From: Sphagnum compactum
Taxonomy: Eukaryota
DNA length: 64,000 nt
NCBI GenBank assembly: GCA_965153455.1
Contig: OZ234493.1
Coordinates: 19,210,213-19,274,212, forward strand
Reading direction: 5' to 3'
Shown here: positions 40,268-54,308 of the stretch, one piece after another
How the letters are laid out: every line of letters begins with the position of its first letter
Position numbering within the stretch: the stretch's first letter is position 1
Notes under the pieces: generated by a model
What the model saw: the letters and a program-made list of their open reading frames with translations, nothing else
Databases searched by the model: none
What the model was told of the DNA's origin: nothing
Translations under genes and position numbers: made by a program

Positions 40268-41934
40268 AAGTCCTGGTTGCCCCTCCCTCCCTCAAGAGAA
40301 CACACTCGTATGGGAACCTCCCCTACAACATTTCACCCAATTTATAACCAATTGCCGCCATTCATACCACTTACTTTGGAAGGCCAAAAAGGCTCACGAG
40401 GAAGCACCAAGGGGGCTTCCCAGTCCTTTGGGGGGAAGAATGGTATGCACTATTGCATTCTAGGAAACTGAAAACAAGTCTTGGGAAATCGAATCCTTCA
40501 CAGTGCACACCCCACTTTAGGAATGAAAAGCTAAGGTGCGCACATGTAGTAGTAGTACATTATAATGTGATAAGGCTAAGAAAACACCATCCACATCAAC
40601 AACAATCAATCGCTTACAAGCTTGGCCGGCACACCCCCATAGGTGAAAAATTTACAATTCTTCGGATTGGTGTTTTTTCACAGTCCAAGTTCCTAGGTGT
40701 TGAGAGATTCGTTCTAATCTAATTCTCCGAGTTTCTTTCCTACCCAAGGTATCATTTTAGGAGGCCGGCTGGCTGGTGGGAGCATCCATCTTCATTTCCA
40801 ACATCTGCCCGAAACAAAGATTCTTCGTTCATGGGTGGTGACCTTAGTCATCTTTTCCCCAAACCCTTTTGTAGATGGAATTGAATGACTGCCTTAGTAC
40901 GAAGGCTGGTTAGGCACTAGTTAATTGTTTTTTAAATTGCCAATTTTATTTTTAAAAACCTATCTGCAATGCCAAAAATATTTAAGAAACTCTCAAGCAC
41001 ACTAGCTTCAGTATTTAGTATAGTGCCTAATGGTAAAATATTAATAATTTTACTGCCAAAAATAAATAAATGAAAAAAATTAAAGAATTAGCCCAGGTAC
41101 TACGGCAATAGCCACTTAATTTAGGTCATAATGGGGGTGTTTAAATATTTTGAAAAAGTCAAGTCCTTCTGAATTAGCTTTTAGATGTCAAAAGGTTGTC
41201 AAATGAAATTAGCGATAATTCGCAAGTTTCCAAGTTCCAACAGAGTGGAAAATCCCCCACCAGAAAAAAACTTCCTCTTGTGCATAGTTCTTTCTTACTT
41301 ACCATTTTGTCAACTTGAAATTGAAGGGAGAAAGGAGACCTGACAATAAGAATTACCCTAATGCACGGGCAACTTCAATAGATGTCTGGTGAATAATTAA
41401 TTAATTAATTAAAAAGATTTCATGTCAAAATTAGAATACCTATTTCAAAATTTTAAGAAAATTCTTCTCAAAATCTGTTCTTCGAAAAATTAAATTTTTG
41501 AAAATTTTCAATGTTTCCACAAATAATATAATTATTATCGAAGCTGCACAGGTATTAACATAACACTTGGGTCAATTTGACAGATTCTTGTCAAATATTT
41601 TATTTTTATTTTTAAAAATATGTGAAAAAAATTTAATTAAAAACTTTAATTTTTAAAAATATTTCAACAATAACAGTCTCTGAGTCAATGCAATAAATAT
41701 TTGAGTCAAAATAAAAAAAGAGCTTCTTAAAGGTTTGGAAAAGGGTTGTTTCAAAAAAAAAATTTAATCAAGTTTTGTGAACATTTGACAAATGGTGACT
41801 AGGATTTCTAGAACTTTTGATTTAATTGTATATCATTTTCAAAAAATTTGATAAAATCAAAAATAATATAATAATGTCAAATTGACTCAAGTACTACGAT
41901 ACAATACACAACTGTAGATCCACCAACAAATCAA

Positions 41935-44055
41935 CAAGGGATGTGTCACACTGTGGCCTTGCTGGAACGTATCTTAATGCAAAAGAAGAAATATGAAAAC
42001 TCAAATATTTCACCATGCAAAAATATAATCTTCAAAAAACCCTATAAAAGAAACCAAAATCCTTCAAGATATTATAACCCTATAACTAATCTCAAGTTTC
42101 AACACACAAGCCAAAATATCATCTTGCATAAATCCTCATATAAAAATAGACCCATTACCTCGGGGCCAAAATCCCGTAAGCCACTATCTCTATATATAAT
42201 ATAGGTGGTTTTGTCGGCTTGCGGCGGTCGTCCTTTTCATCCGGTCGTCCTTTCCATCCATCCAACTTTCTCATCCCTGAAGAAGAAGATGATGGAAGAG
42301 GAGGAGGACGAGGAAAACGGCAGCAGCAAATTAAAAATTTCAAATTAAAAAAGAAGAAAACAAGTTATTAATAAATTAAAAATATGAAACAAAGCTGTAA
42401 CCAAAAAGAAAAAAACAGAACAAATATATATTTTTAAAAGGGAAAAAAATAGAAAAAAAATAAAAACATAAAAACACTTTAACAAATAGAAACTTTTTTA
42501 AAACACTTAAAAATAGAAAAAAAAATGAAAACATATAAAATAAATATATTTAAACATGAAACAAAAAAGGGAAATACAGTAAAATAATCTTAAAAGAAAA
42601 CTAAAAAATAGATGACAAAAAATAAGAAACAAAACAGAGAGCAAAAGAAAGAGAAAAAAACCATACTTGAAAAAAAAATGAGGTTTGTCTTCTTTTTCCA
42701 AACTTCAAACCTGCATCTAATCAAACAAAAATACAAAAGTTTTTTTAAATTATTTTCATTATAAAATATATTTGAAAAACTAGAATCTTTTTGAAAAAGA
42801 AAATAGAAACAAAATAAATAAATAAATAAATGCATAAAAATAGAAAAAAAATGAAGATAGGCAAAATAAGAATAAAATAAAACTTATAATAATGAAAAAA
42901 AACCCTACTTGAAAAAGAATGAGGTGCGTCTTCTTTCTCCAAACTTCAAACTTGCATCCAAATAAACAAAAATACAAAAGTGAAAAAGAAAAACTTTATT
43001 ATTATTATACGAAATAATAATAAAAACAGAAAACACTTATAAATAAATAAATAAATAAGATAAAAGTTTCTAGGAAAAACTAAAACATGAACCAGGTTTA
43101 AAGAAAGGGGGGACTTCACCACCGTGTCCGAAGGTCCTTTCCATCCGTCCGTCCCGTCATTCATCCGTCCCCTCATCCGTGGGGAAGATAGAAAATGCTT
43201 TGGGTTTTGGACGTGGCCATAGTGCTGCTGGTACGATATAATGAATCTGAACACAACATCCTTGCCTACCTACAAGGGGTGTGTCACACTGTGGCCTTGC
43301 CATTTACATTAAGAAGTATCTTAAGGAAAAAGAAGAATTATGAAAACTCAAATATTTACCATCCAAAATTATTAATCTTCAAAAAAATCCTCTAAAAGAA
43401 ACCAAAAATCCTTCAAGATATTATCTATATTATAATTCCGCTCAGTCCTTATTATGGTACTTTTGAATGGTCCTCCACTCAGTAACTTTGTGGACAGGGG
43501 CCTGGGAGAGTGGGAGTGGCTGGGGCCTGGGAGTACCAAATTATTTTTTTAATATATTAATTCCGCTCATGGTCCTCCAAAATGGTACCTCGCTCAAGCG
43601 TCGGGCAAGACAAAAAGCACTCGCTGCGCCTCCACCTGCCACTCTGCCTGAAACCCTGCCCTCTCAAGAACCTCCGAGGTCACGTCACGGGCGACTTCAT
43701 TTACATTAAAAAGTATCTTAAGGCAAAAGAAGAATTATGAAATTCAGAATATTTCACTATGCAAAAAAATCCTCAGCAAGAAAAATCCTTCAAGAAATTA
43801 TCACGGAAATGTGGCGATTTAGTTTTTTTTTTGGAAATTTTTCAAAATGCTCGCTTCACCATGTATGTTTTCATGGGGGACTTTTCAACAGATTTTCGTC
43901 ACAAAAAATAAATAAAATAAAAATAAAATTAGCTGCTTTGCGCCTTTGTGTGTGTCTCTCTTGGTTTAAAGAAACCGGGGGACTTCACAGTGTCCGAAGG
44001 TCACGGGTACCCACTAGTACTCTATAATGAACCTAAACACAACATCCTTGCCTTG
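41935..44055. repeat. Complex degenerate repeat region with shuffled modules
   Basis: GTGTCACACTGTGGCCTTGC at about 41943 and 43281; AAGAAGAA(A/T)TATGAAA at about 41983, 43330 and 43727; GGGGACTTCAC..GTGTCCGAAGGTC at about 43108 and 43977; ATAATGAA.CT.AACACAACATCCTTGCCT at about 43238 and 44024; an A-rich duplicated block at about 42660 and 42903. Confidence 0.75.
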
Positions 44056-46467
44056 GTCCAGGCAAGGCCGACAAAGGCAAATACACTTATGACACCCCCT
44101 AAAACAACCTGTGCAATTTGTGGCAGAGACTTATGTGAGGTAAAAGAGTCCCAGTGTTTCACTTTTCATAATGCCTCTGTAACTTTTAAAACATTGACTG
44201 TGATACCCGGTGAGTACCCAGGTGATGCCCTCCGGGTATCACATTAAAATGATGAAAAGAAAGTAAATGATGAGTAGTCGGTTTTTTATGTCATATATAA
44301 CGCCCTCAGCCACGGGCATTACTGGAATTCCTCGCATGGGCCATTGTTCTGGTGGTAATGTGGCAGCCCCCTCCGACATTAACTAACCTACAGTTCGAAA
44401 AAAACCTAGACAACAACTTAACCTTTAAAAAAACAGCATACCGTAGTAGTACCTTGGCCAATCGGACACTAATTATATTATTTTCAGAAATGTTGAAATT
44501 TTCCAAAAATTATTTCTTTCAAAATCAAAAAATATTGTGAAGGATAATAGTGAATATTTAGGAATATTTCCATTTGTTGAAATGACTTTTTTGAAAATTA
44601 ATTAGTTGTTCGATGGACAGACGTGTGTTGAAATTGGCCAAGGTACTACGCTATATCTTTCAATTTAGAAATTGCACATTTTATGTAATCAAACAGTAAA
44701 CCTCGCCCTCGTGAGCAAATGGGGTCAGCTCTCTCAAAATGAAGTGTGTACAGAATGTTGCAAAGTCCCTAAATGCTTGTGATCATAACAACCCCACTAG
44801 TTTCAACGGATCCTGACAAAAGGGTCGAAGTCAAAGTGAGATATGAAGCTAAAATACTGACTTCTTCTCTCAACATAGGGAAGCATATTCTCATCATCAT
44901 GTTGGAAGAAAGCATATGTGATGGCACTAGCCACTTCGAAGTTCAAACTTCAAACCCACTAAATTTCAAATAAAGAATTGGTTTTTGCCATCATTGTCTA
45001 TATCATTCATGCTTTTTAGGTCAAATTTAGCATGGTGGCAAAATTTCTTCAATAGGAAGGAAGTGTGGTGAAAATTTACCTGATTTTGGGAGTTTCTTGT
45101 CACCAGAATTTGAAGCTTTTTTTTTTTTTTTGATAGGTTTTGCCAAATTTCTTCATTGGGTAGTCAAAAATAGACAAGCCTGTCCAAATTGTGATGCATT
45201 CGGTAGCCATTTTTGGCTCTCTCTCTCTCCAAGTAGGTTACATCACAAAATTGATTGGGAAAAAATAAAATTAATTGCCTATATATTGGTGGCATTTCTT
45301 ATGTTTTGGAGAAATTGATGAAGAGGAAAATTTTGCTGAAATTTTTGCAAATGGATTCAAATCTTAAATAAATAAATAAATAAGAATGTTGACATTATGG
45401 GTACTTGCATATGGAGTCCACACTACCATACTCCCTTGTCAGATTCAGCAACAAACTACTGAATAATTAATTAAATCTTAACTCTTAACTTCAGCACTTG
45501 GTTTTTAATTCTGAAAATTTCAGCAGGTAATAATTATAAATAATAATATGCACATTCCTTTTAATTTTGTGGGACAGCCTAGTTTGTCTAGTTCTTCAGC
45601 TTTTAGGTCAGTAGTTCAAACCCAACAATCGATTTCATAAAAAATTTATAAAATTTTTGACACAAGCAACAAATAATTTTTCAAAAATTCAGCAAAATGA
45701 AAAATAATTTAATTTATGCCAAAATTATTCAGGTATTATGGTAGTGTTGGCCAAATATGGTAACGGTATAGAAAAAAAATAAATGTGCAAAAATAATATA
45801 GGTATTAAACAAATTTTCAACTTTACATATTACTATAGTATTATTATGAATATAACCAAAATTATAAGTTTTAGATAATAATATGAATATATGCATTGGG
45901 TGGTTTAATGATTTTTTTATAAGCATCAATATTGTTCGATTCAGTTCTTTGAAACCAATCAGAATCAAAGCACCAATGGTTATTTGATTATTTTCAAATC
46001 TTTTGATAACCTTAATTATGTATCTATTGATATGAACCATATTGTGATAACCGCTAAGGGTCGGTCTGTTGTCTAAATGTTTTTCATTTCACTCCCAAGT
46101 TTTTTACAACATCAAATAATCATCTCAAACCAAAGAAATAATCACTAATTTTTTGGGGGATCAATGTTCTTCGCTTGACTTTTTGCTGAAAAAGCATTTT
46201 TTAGATTCAAAAAAAGAAAAGAAAATAACAAACAATTGCCCCCAATAAATCATTAGTTGGGATCATTCACACACTTCTTCATTTATGGGGTCATGATCTA
46301 AAACATATTTTGTAACATCTTCTAACAATAAAATGTTAGCAATCAAACTTAACTATAGAGTATAGATATAATCTTTATTATTTGAAAACCAGCTCATTAT
46401 TTACCTTCACCTATAACAATAGGCAATGACTGGTAATGAGTAGTAAAGGTAGTTTACCACATCCCCA

Positions 46468-46862
46468 TCTATCTATGAAGGAAGGTAGTTTGTTTCGTTT
46501 TGTTTTGTACTTATGAGATCCAGAGAACCAGGATGCTTCCTTCGTGTCTTTGGAAAGCTCTCGACAAGAGGGGTGCATGGGCTTGGTTCCATGGCGTTTG
46601 GACTTGCGGTGCAAAAGTTCTTGAATATTGAATGAGTTCTTCACTGAAAATTAAATTAAATTGTAGCTGAAAATTTTCAGAGGAATTGGAATGTGCCTTT
46701 GGTGTTGTTGGAAAGAACTTGATGAGCAAGATTTAATGGAAGTTATTTGGTAAGATTTGGATTCAGAATGTATTTTTAAATAAAATCTGCAAACCAGGTT
46801 TTGGAAGGAAATATCAGTTGAGGACGCGGTAACTCTTGGGCGAATGGCACAAGCCCCACTAG
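46468..46862 (+). mobile_element. Short non-autonomous Helitron-like element (~395 bp)
   Basis: Begins A|TCTATCTATG and ends CACTAG|T, i.e. TC...CTAG inserted between A and T. A degenerate subterminal palindrome TTGGGCGAATGGCACAA lies at 46836-46852. The 5' boundary is inferred. Confidence 0.55.
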
Positions 46863-47205
46863 TATTAGTTGATATACATATTAACACCTTTTGAACTATC
46901 ATACCCTCCTATATACGCGAGAAGGGGAGCACTTTGGGCAAAACATATGGGATTAAAGAAAGGTGCTATTGGGAACACTAATGGGAACCTAGGGAACCCA
47001 TTGAAAACTTGAAGGGAACATGTTGGGAACAAAGGAAAAGTGAAAAAATTTCCTCCCCCCCAACCCAAAACTCAAAAGAAAAAAACTCACTCCCATGACT
47101 CAGATTTAGTTTGGGGAAATATATCTACAATTTGTGATACTTATTGATATAGGCCTATACCCAATTGGTTCACACAATCAATTTTCCTTTGCAAGAATCT
47201 TCAAA

Positions 47206-47495
47206 CATAACTGGTTCCTCCGTAGAAATTGGTTTCGTGGCATCACCCCATTGGTGGAGAGGTCACAGGTTACAACCCATATTCGCTGTGTACTGGGTCG
47301 GCCAGTGGGCGCAGGAGGGTTATGGCAACAGCGACAATGGCATTCATCCCAAACGTCAACATAGTCATCAGTTACGGGCAGGTGAAATCCCGTCCGTCGA
47401 GTCATCGGCTATGTCACGTAACATCGCTCAAGCAGGCCAGTTACGGGAAAAAGTCTTGCCGCTCACAGGGCTCGACTTTTTCCAGTAACCGGCCT
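47206..47495 (+). repeat. Dispersed repeat (homologous to 6118-6320) ending in a 22-bp hairpin
   Basis: Homology as for 6118-6320. Terminal stem AGGCCAGTTACGGGAAAAAGTC / GACTTTTTCCAGTAACCGGCCT pairs at 20 of 22 positions and is followed by AGT. Confidence 0.8.
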
Positions 47496-47798
47496 AGTCC
47501 AACTCAATCCAAGCTCAAAAGTGGGTTTTGGTGTTGTAGTTTTGCTTACAAACGGAGTCCAGAAAGTATAAGTTTGATCCCTCCCAACATTCCCAAAGAC
47601 TCAAATCAAGTTTACCAAGGTCTAAAACAACTGCCAGTCCTTCAACAAACAAACCAGACCAGCAGAGCGAAGCCAAAATCTTGGGTTTTGCATTATTGGT
47701 TGCTTAGAAACGGACATTGGAGTATGCGATGTGCAGAGCATCTTCTAAGTACGCTTACACCTACAATCTCCCCTGAACCATGACGCACTATGGTGTGG

Positions 47799-47932
47799 TA
47801 ATGTACTATGGAATGGTCAACCCTGCCCATTCCATAGTAATGGGGTTGAGTAAGGCACCAGGCGAAGAAGCCCGTTCCCTGTTATACCTTCCACAACATA
47901 ATGGGGCAGGGTGAGGCCATTCCACGACATTA
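47799..47932. repeat. Imperfect inverted repeat (~33-bp arms)
   Basis: TAATGTACTATGGAATGGTCAACCCTGCCCATT ... AATGGGGCAGGGTGAGGCCATTCCACGACATTA. Confidence 0.65.
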
Positions 47933-50269
47933 GAGAAAACTTCGTTCAACAATTTAAAGAAAAATTCATGTTTGATACATTTCGATCATTGAATGAGTAT
48001 ATATGATTGTCACTGGAAGATTATGTCATGTAACGTGGTCAAGAAAATGACATAAAGAAACTGGTGTAATTTTCTGAAGTGCATTTCGAAGGTGGCCTTA
48101 CCCTTGTTAATATTTCTGCCACAACAAGGAGGAGGCACCTTACGTGTAAGGTTCTTCATTTTCATTTTTGATGAATCATAAATGTAGGGTGCCTCCTCTC
48201 CTTCTCAAACAAAATTGCAGTGGTTAATATTCTACCAGATCGTTGCGCTGGATAAGGACCTTTGAACAGGGCAGTTATAGGAATTCAGGTCATGCCCTTG
48301 GCTCCCACCTCATGCTGGGCCCTCACCTTGTGCAAGGCCCTCATTCCCAGAACATCCCTGTCCTCGGTCCTTGTCCTACATATAATCTGCCATGCCAGCC
48401 CTTAATAGTACAGCTATGGCAAGTGGCTCACCATTGAAGTAGGATTACAATGGAGATGATACTCTGCATACAGTGTGCTTGCAGTCTGGTGGAAGGATCC
48501 TGTGCTTTTGGACAGGGTTTGAGTTCTTTCTTTTGCGGTGAGCAGAAGAGGTTAACTTCAAACCTGCAGCAATCGAGACAATGAAGGAACTTATGGCTGT
48601 TGGCCCTTTTAACGACTCTTTTATGGTCACCCAAGAACACATTCAAGGAATAATGCTCATGGGAGAGACTTCACTTGCTGTTCCCCATATGCAACAATTC
48701 TGAGTTCTGTAAGTTATAGACCCTGTTTTCTATCCCCTGATTGCATCACAAGACCAGCAGTATTTATTGTGGGCTTTGATTCTGGTAACAGTGGTGTACC
48801 AGATCTGAGTTTAAGCAGGTGCAAAACTGCAGAAAGGGTTAGAACCAGCACTGTCTTCTTGAAAGGGGTTCTCAGAAAAGAGAATAGTAACGTATGTTTT
48901 GTGCGGGTTGATGTTTGCTATACATGATTGGTGGATAAGGAGTGCAATACTTAGAATGCTGGCACATGCAACAAGCTGTTGGTAAGTGCTGAGCAAAACA
49001 TGTTTACAGGCCTGCAGAAGATGCGGCACCAAATGTGCTGCAAACTCCAAGGCCTTGTCTGGTGCTGCCTCCTATGGTTCAACCATAGTTTGCCCCTTTC
49101 TTCCCACCTTTCTGAGTTTTAATCATTCACCATTGGCACCACAAGGTGTTACTCTGGATATGTCAATACAAAGAGGATGATGTTGTTTGGAGAACAGCTT
49201 CTCGACAACGAAGAAGATGTTGGTGTTAATCCACAGGTGTCAGAGAGAGAAAGCTCTAAGAAATATGCTTTGAGTTGTCACCTCTGCTTCGCAGACTCCA
49301 AGTAAGTGACTATTATAGCTGTCCATTTTTGCTTCCACATGATATTGTATGGTTATACGGTTTTGGATTGGTTCTTACTGCTAAGCAGCCTGCTTTTGGA
49401 TTATTTTGAGGATTTCACATCATGCTGTTTCGAATAAGGTTCAAGTTGAGACAGAGCAGTCAATTGCAGGTGGGTGGATATTGGAGCAAGTTGGAACTCC
49501 TGTGACATCAAGTGTTGCAAGTTGATGCTGCGTCAATGAGTCATTTGTCAACCCTGCTTTTCTATGCATGGTACATGTGTCTGTGTGCTTTGGGTTCAAC
49601 CCTTGCAAATCCTCCCAACAATCGAATGCACACAAACTCTTGTGATAAGCAGTTCCTGATGTAATGCATGCTCTGTAGTTTATGGCAAGATCAAACAAAA
49701 TCCGTGAGAAACAAGTGGCTCATTAAATAACGGTTCTGCCCTTTAAATGATATCCATAAGGATGATAAATATTCAACGTACTAAATTGAAAACACATGGT
49801 GATTGGCATGTTGAAGTCCAAGTGGATCCTTCACTTATGCCGAAGATGTTTCTATAGTGGACTCAACATGACCCTAGAATGTAAGGATACCAAACTTTGG
49901 CCTGTTTGTGGGTGCTTCACAATGTCTCTACCTTGAAAGGCAGAACGAATAAATGGAAGCATGTTAATTTGAAGCCAAAAATCTTACCTCAAAATCCTAC
50001 ATGGATGCAAAGTCTCTGCTCTCTGGGGCAGAGGCAACACAAAGTGATGCATTCAGTCTCTGTGACTATTGTTGCCAAACATTGTAATGCACAGAGCTAG
50101 GGTTTGCTAGGAGTTTCTAGGGTTCAATCCAACGGCTTGGACTGCTACAGTATTTTCAGTGGTGGGGATGCGGCGATGAGGCTTGCATTTCCCTCCGGCG
50201 CTTTCTACCCCTTGATTGCACAAAAGAACACCTCAGTTTCGATGGTTACGATTTGTCACGGTAATCGAA

Positions 50270-50625
50270 CATCACGCCGCGTTCACGCTCACGATGACCC
50301 CCCCCGTCGCTTTCACAACTGACCGCCGGTTTGCCGGGTCCATCGAGTTTCTTTTCAGACTTCGTACCCGGTTATGTATCGGGTAATGATATCACGGCCC
50401 GTTGGGTACACCGGTTTTGTGTTCCGGCCCCGGCCTGAAAAATAACGAGCCTCTGAATCGCCGATCCAGGGACGGGTTGAGCCGGGCCCGTGCCCGGCCC
50501 GGGATGTGGCCTTGGTCCCGGGGGGGAGAAGGGGACGACGAGACGACGAGACTCGGGAGCGCTTGCGCGCTCTGCGGCTTTCGCCTGAGGAGTCGTTTGG
50601 ATCCGGGCGCTTCTTCACTGCAGAA
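50270..50625 (+). promoter_or_regulatory. GC/CpG-rich promoter and leader of the FNR gene
   Basis: Abrupt GC-rich island with repeated GGCCC/GGGCCC (site II-like) motifs immediately upstream of the FNR ATG. Confidence 0.5.
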
Positions 50626-50716
50626 GTGCGTTCTTAAAGTGTGTAGAGGGAATTAGAAGTTGTGAAGCATTTTTGGTGCAGTAGGGAGTGAGCGAGTGAG
50701 CTTTTTTGTGTGCACA

Positions 50717-53700
50717 ATGGCGCCAGCAATTGCTGCCCTTCAGGTTGTACAAACCCTGACCAACTCGATCGTTCTCGTTTCCCTCTTGTAACTCGCTTCT
50801 CTATTTTTTTGGCATCTGATTGCGTGATACAGGATGTCAATTCTTGTTTCGGGGTATTATGGTCTTTGCATGAAACAACAAGCTGTTCTCTTTTACTGGC
50901 CATGATAATAATGATTCTGAAGATTTCTTTTGCACATTTCTCTACACTCCATTGAGAGCAAGGATCGATTCGTACAAAACTTTTGGCCTGGTTGTATAAC
51001 TTAGTGCAAACAGATAAGAGAAGAGACCCCGAGGTGATGAAGAGTACCTTGTGCTTTGAATCATGTAAATTGGAGTTGTTTGGCAATTGCTTAGCCTGCT
51101 TCCTGTGTCCTGGACCAACATTGCCCAAGCCATATGAGCATGTTTTCCTTTGTGAGAGATGGAGTTATACATCTCTGTGACATATCTCCTTGTAATCTAA
51201 GGCTTGAACTGAAATTGGGCTGTGTGCTTGTCGAGGGAAAATCCTGCAGCTCATCAAGTTCAAGCAAGAGTTCCATTGCATCAAGTTGAAGAAGCATGTT
51301 GCTGATTTCCAGTGGATTGTCTCTTTGTTTCCTTGACCTCAGTCTGAAACTTTTCTTTGATGTGCAATTCCAGGCAAATTTGTGTCTTCCTAAACAGGCA
51401 GCAACAACAAGCCATCTGCCAACTCCTCAAGATTGCAAGGTGAGTGCTCACCACCTCTGTTGACATTGGAGGTGCTCCTCCAAGTTCACTTTCAGCAAAT
51501 TTTGTGACTTTGGTCTCTTATTTGACCTCTGTTCACTTCCAAGTCCTACTTTCAGCATTGTGACTTAACCATCCTGCAAATGTTCCACCTGCTAAATCCT
51601 CTTTGGACATCAAGATTTCCACATCTACAGCCCATTCACAGTTCAGGATGAATTGGCTGTTTGCAGTTGCAAGTATGGACTGAGATGGACAAGAGTTCTG
51701 ATTGATGGATGCTTATTCCTGTTAAGCAGATTGTTCCCAGTCAAGCATTCTCCAGTGAGAAACATCAATTCTTTGCCGGACAATCTTTGCATTCCGTGAA
51801 ATGGACCACCTCCAGAAGGAGATTTCAAAGAGTAACCACAGTGAAAGTTGAGGCTTACACCAAGCCATACACAAAGGTAGCAACATTCCCAGGACAGCTT
51901 GAGACAGCAACAGAGCCACCTTTGAACACTTACAAGAACAAGGAGCCATATATTGGCACCATCAAGTCTGTGAAGAGGATTGTGGGGCCCAATGCCCCTG
52001 GTGAAACTTGCCACATTGTGATTGATCATGAAGGGAATGTTCCCTACTGGGAGGGCCAAAGTTATGGCATCATTCCTCCTGTAAGTTGTTTCTGCACTCA
52101 GTTGTACTTAAAGGATAGGTTGACGGTGGAGGAGTCCCCAACCACTATGCTCCATGTAGGCAGCTCTATGCCTGCTTGGATGCTTGCTTGTGCAGGGGCA
52201 AGCTAAAACGAAAGGAAGTTTACCTTACACAAGCTTATTGCAGCTTGAATCAGGATTACAATTGAGCTTTCTGATCAGCTATGTCTCTTAAGTGCTTGCC
52301 AAAATCATGACCGAGTCTTCCTGTTGCTTCTGGAATTGTGACAGAAACTCAGGATATGGATTTTTGAATAATAGTTTACCCAAAAAAATTAGCAGACTAT
52401 TATAGTACACTATGGGAGTTGTGGCAGTGCATACTACTATTCATGATGGAAGTGACGGTCTGATACTTTGTGTGACACCCATAAGGTTATGACCACACTT
52501 GAAGTGTTGCTGTGGAGTGTTCTCTGCAATTTCATGGATGAATTCATTGTACTTTTTGTGTACTCAATTTTGTGTGACTGGAGTACTAAGAACAAATAAG
52601 AGACCAAAGTCATGGTCACCAGTCACTTGTATGCAGAGTTCTTCACTCTGCCATATGACACACCTGCTAAAAGTTGCTATAGGTCCTATCAAGACTGTTG
52701 ATTTTCCCAGAAAGGCAATTGTAGATGGACCCCATACAAGCAACTGCCCTTTTATAATGCTTTTGAGGCCTGAATAGCAACTGAATAAGTTCACCTTGAC
52801 ATGCTTGTTTCTCAGTATTGAAAGAGATCATCACAAATTCTCCTCTTCATTGTTGCAGGGTGAGAATCCTAAGAAGCCTGGAATGCCAAACAGTGTCCGC
52901 CTCTACTCCATTGCTTCAACAAGGTATGGTGATGATTTTGATGGGAGGACTGCAAGTTTCTGCGTTAGAAGAGCAGTCTACTGGGATCCAGAGACAGGGA
53001 AGGAGGATCCTTCCAAGAAGGGCATCTGTAGTAACTTCCTTTGTGACAGCAAGCCTGGTGACAAGGTCCAGATCACAGGTAAGATCCATTCTCAGAACTG
53101 TTGAAAGCATGTAGCTGAATTTTCAGAGGACATTTGTTCATTAACCTCTTGTGCTAATGTAGGCATGAGATTTGCTTGCCCACCCACCCTTCTTGCATGC
53201 TGCTCCCTAATGCCTTCAGAATGAAATGCCAAAGCTTGTCCTCACACCCAAATTACTGGTGTTCCTCTGGGCATTACTTTGATGCTTGACACCTCACAGT
53301 GTTTCTGTGCATGTGAGCGCCTGCCACTTGTGTGCTGTTAAAAGGCAACAAATTATTTTATGTGGATGCAAGGTAGGTTTCCAAGGCTGGAAAATACTGA
53401 AGTAAATAGGGTCTAAGAAAACAAATTCAAGTCACTCTTGTCCTAATTGAAGTTTAGTAGCTCCTAAGCCTTGAAGATTATTTTGGTTCCAAGACAGTTT
53501 ATCAGAAGTCTAGCTCATTGCACCCATTGCTGGGAATTGATGAAGCTAGTGGGGGAAGTTAGCTATTGCACATGAAGTTTTAATTGGTTGATTATCTTGT
53601 TGTGATGAGATGCTGTTGAAGCTGCAAGGGTGGATTCATTTTCATTTCCCACCCTTGATTGTCTACTCTGCACAATTTTGACATTCTTGATGGATTTAGA

Positions 53701-54308
53701 TTTTAGCATAATCTCTGATGTGAGGAAGTTTCACTGTGGTACACTGAAGAGCGTGAGAGGCACCACTTCCTAAATGTCTGATAACCAAAGTGTTGGTTCT
53801 TGCTGCAGGCCCTTCTGGAAAGGTCATGCTGCTACCTGAAGAAGATACCAAAGCAAAGCATATAATGGTGGCTACTGGCACAGGCATTGCTCCATATCGA
53901 GGCTACTTACGAAGAATGTTCATGGAGGACATTCCAACCTTCAAGTTTGATGGCCTTGCTTGGCTCTTCTTGGGTGTGGCCAACACTGACAGTCTTCTTT
54001 ATGATGCTGAGTTCAAGGATTACCTGAAGATGTACCCTGACAATTTCAGATATGATATTGCCTTGAGCCGAGAGCAGAGAAATGCAAGAGGTGGTAAAAT
54101 GTATGTTCAGGATAAGATTGAAGAGTATAGTGAGGAGGTGTTCAAGCTCCTGGATGAGGGTGCCCATATCTACTTTTGTGGGTTGAGGGGCATGATGCCT
54201 GGAATCCAAGATACACTCTCAAGAGTTGCTACTGCGAGGGGAGAGAATTGGGAAACAAAGCTAGCTACTCTGAAGAAGAACAAGCAGTGGCATGTTGAGG
54301 TTTACTAA
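50717..54308 (+). CDS. RFNR: Ferredoxin-NADP+ reductase, root/non-photosynthetic type, plastid-targeted, ~387 aa, 5 exons
   Basis: Exons 50717-50743 (MAPAIAALQ), 51374-51439, 51730-52080, 52859-53078, 53809-54308. Motifs [72 protein letters not shown] and terminal WHVEVY* are typical of root-type FNR. Exons 1-2 are less certain than exons 3-5. Confidence 0.95.

Noticed and set aside
48240..49320. Coding-like composition with short ORFs
   Set aside because: No coherent exon chain or domain found; at most an unidentifiable relic.
50355..51128. Minus-strand ORFs of 87 and 164 aa near the FNR promoter
   Set aside because: They arise from the GC-rich promoter and first intron, with no motifs or splice support.
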